64,000 bases of DNA from an uncultured Candidatus Cloacimonadota bacterium. Its GTDB lineage: Bacteria > Cloacimonadota > Cloacimonadia > Cloacimonadales > TCS61. Position numbers and translations under genes: made by a program. Location: positions 5,592 through 69,591 of the forward strand of contig CAZRXY010000096.1 of NCBI GenBank assembly GCA_964604155.1. The letters run 5' to 3'. Below are positions 27,353 through 34,828 of the stretch, one piece after another; position 1 is the first letter of the stretch; each line of letters begins with the position of its first letter. Below the pieces are notes generated by a model. It was not told the origin of the DNA. It worked only from the letters and a program-made list of their open reading frames with translations, and made no database searches.

Positions 27353-29422
27353 TCAGTCATTTCCCCTGAGTTTCTTTAAGATATCTTCCTGTATCTGGCT
27401 GGGAACTCTGTGATAATTGTGGAACTGCATATTATAATCTGCCTTGCCTTGAGTGAGTGATCTCAGATGAGTAACGTAACCAAAAATTTCTGCTAAAGGA
27501 ATATCTGCAACGATGCGCGTGAATTGTTCGTCAATCTCAGCCTCACTGATTATTCCCCTCCGCTGATTTATGCTGCCCATCACACTGGAACGGAATTCGT
27601 TGGGCGTTTCTATTTCTACCAGCATTACAGGCTCAAGCAGGTAAGGCTGAGCCTTGTTATACGCCTCCCTGAAAGCAAGTCTCGTAGCAATCTCAAATGC
27701 CATCTGCGATGAATCCACTTCATGATAGGCACCGTCATTGATTTCCATCTCCACCTGAACAACTGGGAATTCTGCCAGATGACCCTTACCAAGTGATCTC
27801 AAGAAACCTTTTTCACAGGCTGGAATATAGGTTGCAGGTATCACCCCGCCACTTATCTTGTCAATAAACCTGCTGTCCTCGTCATCAAGCGGTCTTATTG
27901 TTCCGGCTACACGGGCAAATTGTCCCCTGCCACCAGATTGTTTTTTGTGTGTATAATTAAATTTCACTTCTTTTGCTATGGATTCCCGATATGCCACCTG
28001 AGGTATTCCCGTGGTGAGCTTACAGCCATATTCACGCTTCATACGCTCCACATAAACGTCCAAATGTAATTCGCCCATCCCGGATATAATAGTCTCGCTG
28101 GACTCTTCATCAAAATATGTCTTAAAAGTGGAATCTTCTTTGCTGAACCTATTAAGAGCTTTTGCCATGTTATCAGCAGATTTTTTGTCAACAGGAGTGA
28201 GCGATATAGATAAAATAGGCTCCGGCACGTAAATATGCTTCATAGAAATATTTGCCCTGCCGGTAACAAAGGTGTCGCCCAGAGAACAATCTATGCCAAA
28301 AATAGCAGCTATATCACCGGCGGCTACTTCGTCGATATCTTCCATATTGCTGGCATGAAGTTTCACCAGCCTGCCTACTTTTATCTTCTTGCCTGTTGTC
28401 AGATTCACCAGATCTGTGCCTTTATTAATCCTCCCCTGATAAACTCTGAGATAGGTTAATTGACCATACTGCTGATTCTCGATTTTAAATGCCATTGCTA
28501 CTGCGTCCTTATCACGGTCACTAAAGATTTCTATCTCTCGGTCATGGTGGTCTACGTCATAGGCAATATTGATAATATCTGAGGGAGATGGCAAATATTC
28601 TACCACCGCATCTAATAAAGCACGAGTGCCTATGTTCTTGTAAGCAGACCCGGCAAAAACAGGCACTATCTGTCTGGCTATTGTAGCTTTGCGTATCGCC
28701 AAACGCAATAGAGATAAATCCAGATGCCCCTCAAGGTAGGATTCCATGAGAGTATCACAATACATAGAAACATTTTCAAAAAGCAAATCCCGATATCTTT
28801 CAGCTTCCGGCAACAATTCCTCCGGGATAGTCTCGCGATGGATCGTCTCGTTATTCACTCCACTGTAATAAAGTGCTTCCATAGTTACTAAATCGATTAT
28901 TCCCCGAAAATTCTCGCCACTGCCAATCGGCAATTGCACAAATACTGCATTCTTACCCAGCTTGTCACGTAATTGCGTAACTACTCTGTGGGCATCTGCC
29001 CCCGTCCTGTCCATTTTATTGATAAATGCCAGATTTGGCACTTTATGCCTGTGCATCTGACGCGCTACTGTGATGGTTTGTGATTGTACTCCCCCCACCC
29101 CGCAGAGTACCAGGATTGCTCCATCTAATACCCGTAAGGCGTTTTCTACTTCTATTGTGAAATCTACATGACCAGGCGTGTCGATTATATTGATCTCATG
29201 TTTCTTCCATGATACATTGGTGGTAGCAGATGATATTGTAATGCCACGCTCTTTCTCCAATTCCATGGAATCCATTGTGGCTCCCACTCCATCCTTACCG
29301 CGAACTTCATGTATTTTATGTATCCTGCCGGAATAATATAATATCCGCTCGGTAAGAGTCGTCTTCCCCGAATCTATATGAGCACTTATCCCTATGTTTC
29401 TTATCTTTGCTAATTCACTCAC
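27353..29422 (-). CDS. fusA: Elongation factor G family GTPase (standalone paralog, outside an rpsL-rpsG-fusA-tuf context)
   Basis: 689 aa. IRNIGISAHIDSGKTTLTERILYYSG, DTPGHVDFTIEV, FINKMDR, plus colinear domains II-V (MELHLDVYVERMKREYG, YHEVDSS). Confidence 0.92.
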   Translation of the reverse strand: MSELAKIRNIGISAHIDSGKTTLTERILYYSGRIHKIHEVRGKDGVGATMDSMELEKERGITISSATTNVSWKKHEINIIDTPGHVDFTIEVENALRVLDGAILVLCGVGGVQSQTITVARQMHRHKVPNLAFINKMDRTGADAHRVVTQLRDKLGKNAVFVQLPIGSGENFRGIIDLVTMEALYYSGVNNETIHRETIPEELLPEAERYRDLLFENVSMYCDTLMESYLEGHLDLSLLRLAIRKATIARQIVPVFAGSAYKNIGTRALLDAVVEYLPSPSDIINIAYDVDHHDREIEIFSDRDKDAVAMAFKIENQQYGQLTYLRVYQGRINKGTDLVNLTTGKKIKVGRLVKLHASNMEDIDEVAAGDIAAIFGIDCSLGDTFVTGRANISMKHIYVPEPILSISLTPVDKKSADNMAKALNRFSKEDSTFKTYFDEESSETIISGMGELHLDVYVERMKREYGCKLTTGIPQVAYRESIAKEVKFNYTHKKQSGGRGQFARVAGTIRPLDDEDSRFIDKISGGVIPATYIPACEKGFLRSLGKGHLAEFPVVQVEMEINDGAYHEVDSSQMAFEIATRLAFREAYNKAQPYLLEPVMLVEIETPNEFRSSVMGSINQRRGIISEAEIDEQFTRIVADIPLAEIFGYVTHLRSLTQGKADYNMQFHNYHRVPSQIQEDILKKLRGND

Positions 29423-29603
29423 TAATTTCTCCTGTTTCCTATTCCCTTCTTTGCTTTTAGCATCACTACTTATAAATTTAATGATTTTTTAAAGGAATGG
29501 CAAAACTTTTCGTCCACCGCTTATTGTCAACCAGAAGATAAAACCCGGCATACCACCGTAATTTATTTGTTAGTTTAAAATATTGAACTTATGAAGTTAT
29601 TGG

Positions 29604-29713
29604 TCGTCACCATTGCGAAGGTCTGGCGACCATTCGCAAAGTAACTTAGATTGAAGAAGTACCCTCATCCAAAACCTTGCGAATGGTCGAAAGATTTTTG
29701 CAATGGTTGACTT
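29604..29713. repeat. ~110-nt imperfect palindrome (four copies of a CGACCATTCGCAA-like 13-mer, two per arm)
   Basis: Left arm tcaccattgcgaagg (29607-21) and gcgaccattcgcaaag (29626-41). Right arm ccttgcgaatggtcga (29675-90) and ttttgcaatggttga (29696-710). The inner pair forms a perfect 13-bp match, and the outer pair 7 bp plus flanks. Confidence 0.7.
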
Positions 29714-29774
29714 TGACAACAATCTATATCTCACATAATATGAATCATTTAACAATACCAAAAATTATAAAAAA

Positions 29775-29814
29775 CAAGGGGATGCCTGGAAGATAAAACC
29801 CTCGCATCCCCTTG
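29775..29814. terminator. Strong hairpin with U-tracts on both strands, in a region with no annotated upstream gene
   Basis: 11-bp perfect stem caaggggatgc / gcatccccttg with an 18-nt loop. The minus strand continues TTTTTTATAATTTTT, and the plus strand continues aaatttttcttcttc. Confidence 0.5.
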
Positions 29815-29920
29815 AAATTTTTCTTCTTCTTTGCTCAATAACATCCTGCAAGAGTAATGGAACAATTCCGAATTTTGGATGTTGAATTTTGAATGAGTAG
29901 CCCCGTGCTTTAGTCGGGGA
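29775..29920 (-). repeat. Repeat family A, distal part (aligns with 47721-47830)
   Basis: The reverse complement (ccccgactaaagcacggggctactcattcaaaattcaacat...ttccattactcttgcaggatgtt...aagaagaagaaaaatttcaagggg) aligns with 47721-47830 at roughly 75-80% by eye, apart from an ~18-nt indel. Confidence 0.7.
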
Positions 29921-30067
29921 ATTTTATGCCCAGCATAAGCCCTCCCACCTCTTCTCTTATTCACCTCTTCTCCCGTCTTATCCCCGTTCACTTTCACTTA
30001 TACATCTCACTTCTCACACGCGAAGCAACACTTTCTCAATTTCAAAGAAATTCCCCAATCCCCAATC

Positions 30068-30104
30068 CCAAGTCCCGAGTTCCAAGTCCCGAGTTCCAAG
30101 TCCC
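30068..30104. repeat. Tandem 14-nt repeat (ccaagtcccgagtt x2.6), preceded by ccccaat x2
   Basis: Read directly: 30068-30081 and 30082-30095 are identical, with a partial third unit at 30096-30104. ccccaatccccaat lies at 30053-30066. Confidence 0.9.
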
Positions 30105-30255
30105 AATAATTTCACGAACCTATAAATTGCCTTATAGCTATATTATGATAACTATAATTAATTGATAAATAATAAAATAGTTTACTCAAAAATATAGTTA
30201 CCATAATGTTACCGGCTATTTATCTAATTTATAGTGGATTAAGTAGCATTCGTAA

Positions 30256-30553
30256 CATTTTTTAACGTTTTGAGATATGTAAACGCATTATTTTTATTTT
30301 TTTTTATCAATTTGCTGCACGTAATAACCTAAGCTTAATTTACTATTTTATATTTTATAACCAGACACAGTCCGCACCTCGTATCCTTCTCATTCTAACT
30401 TCCCCATAACATACATAATAACAGCATGCAACACTAAATAAACAAAGAGTGGCACCAAAGTGACATTGTATATAATTAATATACATAGCTTTAACCTCTG
30501 TTTGCCACACTTTTTCGTTTTTTGAGATATATTTATGCACTTTTTTGATTTTT
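30256..30553. repeat. Pair of ~45-nt direct repeats ~250 nt apart inside the 0.8-kb element
   Basis: acattttttaacgttttgagatatgtaaacgcattatttttatttt (30256-30300) versus acactttttcgttttttgagatatatttatgcacttttttgattttt (30508-30553). Confidence 0.6.
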
Positions 30554-30650
30554 GGCTATTGATTCATTCAATCCAAACCACTTGATGACTTATTTTTATA
30601 AACCGTACCGGTGTTGACTGCCAAAACTGTACCAATATAAAAAGCTATGC

Positions 30651-30687
30651 AGATGATCCCCGAGCTGAAGCTCGGAGCAATTCATTT
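30651..30687 (-). repeat. Repeat family A, proximal part (aligns with 47681-47718)
   Basis: agatgatccccgagctgaagctcggagcaattcatt versus the reverse complement of 47683-47718, agatgatcccggagctgaagctcggggcaattcatt (34/36). It contains the hairpin ccgagc-tgaa-gctcgg. Confidence 0.8.
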
Positions 30688-30790
30688 ATAAATAAAGAGA
30701 TAGGTGCCTTTTATTTAATGTTAACTGATATATGAGCTATATTTCTTGCCTATGCCTGCCGATTGAAGCATTTTGACGGGATGTTGCATT

Positions 30791-30890
30791 TTCCAAGGTA
30801 ATAGTTAAATTTACCTGGAGTAACCTGCGTAATTCCATTATTGCCAATGAGCTATCAGCCCGGTTAATTAGAAAATCGGGGATATGTCGG
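30791..30890 (+). repeat. Dispersed intergenic repeat family B, copy 2 (sense-upstream of etfA-queE)
   Basis: taaatttacctggagtaacctgcgtaattccattattgccaatgagctatcagcccggtta matches 63419-63481 at 52/63 positions. The tail ttaattagaaaatcggggatatgtcgg matches the reverse complement of the 18.1-kb copy. Confidence 0.75.
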
Positions 30891-30969
30891 CTGCTTAGAA
30901 AAACCTTGACTATTAAGCCAATAGGAAAGTCTTTATCCCTAGATTTATATAAAAATCAGGAGATACATA

Positions 30970-32151
30970 ATGATTGAAGTAATAGAACAGAGATGTGTTG
31001 GCTGCAAAGCCTGCCTGAAAGCCTGCGCCTATGGGGCAGTCACTATCATAGACAAACTGGCTGAGATCGATACCGATAAATGTGTGCTCTGTGGAGCCTG
31101 CGTAGATGCCTGCACCTTTGATGCCATCATGATCAGAAAGTATGGCCGCACCAATATTGACCGTTCTCAATACAAAGGAGTATGGGTATTCGCGGAGCAG
31201 CAAAGACAGCAATTAGCCCCGGTAGTCTTTGAATTATTGGGTAAAGGCAGAGAACTGGCAGATACTCGTGATACGCAGCTTACTGCTGTACTTATGGGCT
31301 TTCAGATAGAAAATCTGGCACAGGAATTGATTGAATCTGGTGCCGATCGCGTGATGGTTATTGACGATGAGATTCTGAAACACTTTATCGATAAGCCTTA
31401 TGCTTATGCCCTGGAGGTTCTGGCAAAAAAATATAAACCTGAGATTATACTCTCGGGTGCTTCCGTGATGGGCAGATCATTTATCCCCCGCGTGGCAGTA
31501 GGTTTGCATACGGGTCTCACAGCAGATTGCACAGGTCTGGAAATTGATTTTGCTACGGGTCTCCTCAAGCAGACAAGACCGGCTTTCGGTGGAAACATCA
31601 TGGCTACTATTATCACCCCGGATCACCTTCCGCAAATGGCTACCGTACGCCATAAAGTTATGGATGCATTGCCACGGGACGACAGTAGAAAAGGCGAAAT
31701 TATCAAAGAAGTGATTGATTTTTCCAATGTGAAAGCCTCATGCTTCTATCAGGAATTTATTAGCGATGATACCCAGGAGATCAATCTCACTGAAGCCAAT
31801 TTTGTGATATCAGGCGGTAGAGGTCTCAAAGCACCAGAAAATTTCAAGATGGTCTATGATTTAGCAAAAGCAATGGATGCCGCCGTTGCCGCTTCTCGTG
31901 CCGCAGTCGATGCCGGCTGGGTGCCTTATCCCCATCAGGTGGGGCAAACCGGGAAAACCATTAAACCTAAGGTCTATCTCGCTCTCGGAATCTCCGGGGC
32001 TATCCAGCACCTCGCAGGTATGCAAAGCTCAGATTATATTATCGCGGTAAACAAAGATCCTGATGCCCCGATATTTAAAGTGGCAGACCTCGGTATTGTG
32101 GGCGATATTTTTGAAATCGTCCCGCTGCTCACAAAAAAATTCGCGGGGTAG
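30970..32151 (+). CDS. etfA: Electron transfer flavoprotein alpha subunit with N-terminal 2x[4Fe-4S] ferredoxin domain
   Basis: N-terminus CVGCKACLKACAYGAV...CVLCGACVDACTFDAI (two CxxCxxCxxxC clusters). The ETF-alpha body follows, ending in the FAD-binding region SGGRGL...AASRAAVDAGW...QVGQTGKTIKPKVYLALGISGAIQHLAGM. Confidence 0.9.
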   Translation: MIEVIEQRCVGCKACLKACAYGAVTIIDKLAEIDTDKCVLCGACVDACTFDAIMIRKYGRTNIDRSQYKGVWVFAEQQRQQLAPVVFELLGKGRELADTRDTQLTAVLMGFQIENLAQELIESGADRVMVIDDEILKHFIDKPYAYALEVLAKKYKPEIILSGASVMGRSFIPRVAVGLHTGLTADCTGLEIDFATGLLKQTRPAFGGNIMATIITPDHLPQMATVRHKVMDALPRDDSRKGEIIKEVIDFSNVKASCFYQEFISDDTQEINLTEANFVISGGRGLKAPENFKMVYDLAKAMDAAVAASRAAVDAGWVPYPHQVGQTGKTIKPKVYLALGISGAIQHLAGMQSSDYIIAVNKDPDAPIFKVADLGIVGDIFEIVPLLTKKFAG

Positions 32152-32154
32152 ATT

Positions 32155-32796
32155 ATGCTGAAAGTCTGCGAAATTTATCTTAGCATCCAGGGCGAATCCT
32201 CCTATAGCGGTCTCCCATGCATTTTTATCCGCCTTTCAGGTTGTAATCTAAGGTGCAAATGGTGTGACAGCCGCTTCCACCTCGATGTCCAGCAGGAAAT
32301 GAGCATCGATGAGATTATCGAGACAATTTCTGAATACAAACCCGTAAACCTCATCGAAATCACCGGTGGTGAGCCACTTCTTCAAGATGATACACCAAAA
32401 TTAATTGAAACTTTGAGCCAGATTGGCTATCGCATTCTACTGGAAACAAACGGCTCGCTTTCCATCGCAGAACTGCCACCGGAAATTATCAATATCGTTG
32501 ATGTAAAATGTCCCTCCAGTGGTGAACAAGATTCCTTTCTGAAAGAAAATATCATCTATCTTGATCCCGAGAAAGATGAACTGAAATTCGTGATCGCAGA
32601 CCGTGAAGATTATGATTATGCCTGCCAGTTTATCATGTATAATAATATCTGGGGCTATAATATTCTCTTTTCTGTAGTCTCCGGCAGCCTGGAACCAAAA
32701 CAACTGGTAGAATGGATAATTGCTGACCGGCTGGCTGTGCGTTTCCAATTGCAGATACATAAATATATCTGGGATATCGGTACGAAAGGAGTATAG
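32155..32796 (+). CDS. queE: 7-carboxy-7-deazaguanine synthase (radical SAM)
   Basis: EIYLSIQGESSYSGLPCIFIRLSGCNLRCKWCDS, ITGGEPLLQ, and the LQIHKYIW tail. Typical QueE. Confidence 0.9.
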   Translation: MLKVCEIYLSIQGESSYSGLPCIFIRLSGCNLRCKWCDSRFHLDVQQEMSIDEIIETISEYKPVNLIEITGGEPLLQDDTPKLIETLSQIGYRILLETNGSLSIAELPPEIINIVDVKCPSSGEQDSFLKENIIYLDPEKDELKFVIADREDYDYACQFIMYNNIWGYNILFSVVSGSLEPKQLVEWIIADRLAVRFQLQIHKYIWDIGTKGV

Positions 32797-32821
32797 CCTA
32801 TCCTGATTAACTGGAAGCAAA

Positions 32822-33697
32822 ATGAGCAAAACAACTAATCATTCCAAGAGCCTGCCTGTCTCACTCAAAAACCCCATGCGCTTAGCTGTTATTGCTTTTC
32901 TTCTAGCCCTACTGGCACTTTTGACCTATGATCTGCACCACCTGGCTAACAGTCTGCTATCAATTATGCTGAACGTGATCCAATCCTTGGGGATTAGTAT
33001 TCTTATCTTCTTTGCCGCTTCTCTGATAAAAATCAGAAACGCCAGGCAATACAATGACGTCAATTCACTGGTTCACACTACGAACTATGTAGCTATATAT
33101 CTTTTGCTATCAGTCTTTATCGCCGGGTTCTATGCTGTGCTGATGCACGAATGGCTGGTGGTTTTTAATTGTGTGCTCACTTTCACTCTCATCTTCTTAG
33201 TGCTTTATCTGGAAAGACGCTACAGCCTCATTCTACCTCACAGTTTCAAATTCATCCTCCTGGTTTTTCTCTATCTTTCTCTCTACCTCGGAGAAGTGCG
33301 ATCATATTTCCATAAAATCCAATGGTGGGATATTGCCCTGCATTTCAGCTCCGCTATATTCATGGGTCTGATCGGTTTTGTGATTATATATATTATCTTC
33401 CGACGCCACAATATACGCTCCTCATATTTTGTAATGATTATCTTCACTTTCACCTTCTCTATGACAGTGGGTGCACTCTGGGAGATACTGGAATTCTGCA
33501 CAGACCTTATACTGGGTACAAATATGCAAAAATCAGGGCTCGTGGATACTATGCTTGATCTTATCACAAACGCTGCCGGCGCCCTGCTGGTGTCCCTAAG
33601 CTGCTATTTATACGTGAAATATAACCGCCGGGGTTTGATGACTGATATCATCAAAGAATTCGTGAACAGCAATCCCAGCTTAATGAAGCAAGATTAG
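32822..33697 (+). CDS. Polytopic membrane protein (possibly YjdF/DUF2238-like)
   Basis: About 7 hydrophobic helices. The GALWEILEF motif is reminiscent of the YjdF family, but the family assignment is unverified. Confidence 0.65.
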   Translation: MSKTTNHSKSLPVSLKNPMRLAVIAFLLALLALLTYDLHHLANSLLSIMLNVIQSLGISILIFFAASLIKIRNARQYNDVNSLVHTTNYVAIYLLLSVFIAGFYAVLMHEWLVVFNCVLTFTLIFLVLYLERRYSLILPHSFKFILLVFLYLSLYLGEVRSYFHKIQWWDIALHFSSAIFMGLIGFVIIYIIFRRHNIRSSYFVMIIFTFTFSMTVGALWEILEFCTDLILGTNMQKSGLVDTMLDLITNAAGALLVSLSCYLYVKYNRRGLMTDIIKEFVNSNPSLMKQD

Positions 33698-33768
33698 ACC
33701 TTTCACAAAATCCCAGATCTTCAAAAAATATTTTTTGCTGTTTATCCTCTTTTAATAACTAAAATAAA

Positions 33769-34122
33769 TTATTTTTGCTCCCCTTTCGGAATAGCGATAG
33801 ATGTCGTTTTGGTGCCACCCTTGTTACATTCTGCTTCTATCTCTATGACATCCCCTGCTTTTGCGTCAGGAATTGTATAACATACTTTGCCGCCCTCTTC
33901 GTTTTCCTGAAGTGTGAGAACTTGCGAAATGATTTCAGTATTATTCAAGAAAACTACGATGTTTTTTATATAATGATCTTCTGCTGAACGAACCCGATGT
34001 GAATATTCTAAAGTAAGTCCAAAAGAATCAATGTCAAAACTGGCTTGCAGTTTTACCGGGGGATGTGCGGACAGAAATAATACCGCTAATACGAATAGTG
34101 TGCTAAAAATTGTTCTTTTCAT
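33769..34122 (-). CDS. Small secreted protein with superoxide-reductase-like (desulfoferrodoxin Fe-domain-like) motif pattern
   Basis: Signal peptide MKRTIFSTLFVLAVLFLSA. The motifs AHPPVKL, SHRVRSAEDHYIKNIVVFL and EAECNKGG are colinear with the SOR motifs KHVPVIE, HPNTTEHHIRYIELYF and YCNIHGLW. The fourth His ligand is absent. Confidence 0.55.
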   Translation of the reverse strand: MKRTIFSTLFVLAVLFLSAHPPVKLQASFDIDSFGLTLEYSHRVRSAEDHYIKNIVVFLNNTEIISQVLTLQENEEGGKVCYTIPDAKAGDVIEIEAECNKGGTKTTSIAIPKGEQK

Positions 34123-34142
34123 AGTAACTCCTGATAATTACC

Positions 34143-34433
34143 CTATTTGGGCTTCTTTGACTTGTGAGAAAAATACATGCTTATAATCCACTTGCGATTA
34201 AGGATGATGTGGATGAAAGCCAAAAGGCTAAAGCTTAGTCCACCATAGCGATGGATATCATAAGCAATCATCGATCCCAATATAGCTTCGGGACCATAAA
34301 GATAGAGTATGATACCTGTTATGGTGGTTGCAAAGGCAAGAGCCAGCAGCAGATTTATGAATTTAAGTAATTTCACACGGTTTTCTCCTATCTCTTCTCC
34401 ACCATAATGTAATGCAGTTAACCGAATATGCAA
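34143..34433 (-). CDS. Small membrane protein, DUF4405-like (His-containing, cytochrome-b-like helices)
   Basis: Two or three TM helices. DIHRYGGLSFSLLAFIHIILNRKW resembles the DUF4405 signature. Start codon is uncertain. Confidence 0.5.
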   Translation of the reverse strand: MHIRLTALHYGGEEIGENRVKLLKFINLLLALAFATTITGIILYLYGPEAILGSMIAYDIHRYGGLSFSLLAFIHIILNRKWIISMYFSHKSKKPK

Positions 34434-34489
34434 GATTATTTGAAAGACAAATTAATTTTACATAAAAAAATACTATAAAATTCATCATT

Positions 34490-34531
34490 CTGAGCAACAA
34501 AATGGGGATCAGAAAAAATTCTCATCCCCAT
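34490..34531 (-). terminator. Terminator hairpin immediately 3' of tRNA-Arg
   Basis: 8-bp perfect stem atggggat / atccccat (34502-34509 / 34524-34531). The minus strand continues TTTTGTTGC. Confidence 0.5.
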
Positions 34532-34536
34532 GATTA

Positions 34537-34613
34537 TGGTGTCCCCGACGCGATTCGAACGCACGGCCTTTTGATCCGGAGTCAAACGCTCTATCCAACT
34601 GAGCTACGGGGAC
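34537..34613 (-). tRNA. tRNA-Arg (anticodon CCG), CCA encoded
   Basis: The minus strand reads GTCCCCG TA GCTC AGTTGGATA GAGC G TTTGA CTCCGGA TCAAA AGGCC GTGCG TTCGAAT CGCGT CGGGGAC A CCA. It has a 7-bp acceptor stem, a canonical D loop, TTCGAAT T-loop, and the anticodon loop CT-CCG-GA. Confidence 0.93.
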
Positions 34614-34828
34614 ATTCTGCGCATCTCGTATCTCTTTATCCCGAATCACAGCGAATGACATACTCTGCAGCCACCCATATTTGTCCAAGCTTTTTTTCTT
34701 AATTTTCTTTCGCACTGCTGATACCGTCTCATCTGTAGCTTCTGCTCGATAATTACCTGCCAGAAAAAAATTATCGACAGTTAAATAGTGAAGTGATACG
34801 GATTGCAATTCCGTTCAGGTATCGGGTA

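Larger units (their letters stand above)
29891..30687. mobile_element. TIR-bounded non-coding element (~0.8 kb), long form of the 70-nt unit at 47681-47750 (MITE-like, no transposase)
   Basis: The ends gaatgagtagccccg (29891-29905) and cggagcaattcatt (30673-30686) are inverted copies of each other and match the termini of the 70-nt unit at 47681-47750. The ~730 nt between the conserved sub-terminal segments is absent from the 47.7-kb copy. Confidence 0.35.

Noticed and set aside
27353-29422. The GTPase considered as the selenocysteine elongation factor SelB, given selA in the window.
   Set aside because: The length (689 aa) and the presence of EF-G domains IV and V (YHEVDSS region) fit EF-G. 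SelB is EF-Tu-like with winged-helix C-terminal domains.
29749-30165. ORFs 29749..29997 (-) and 29926..30165 (+) in the large spacer.
   Set aside because: The first runs straight through the 11-bp terminator hairpin and repeat family A. The second is a translation of the C/T-rich run and the 14-nt tandem repeat. Neither has an RBS or a protein-like sequence.
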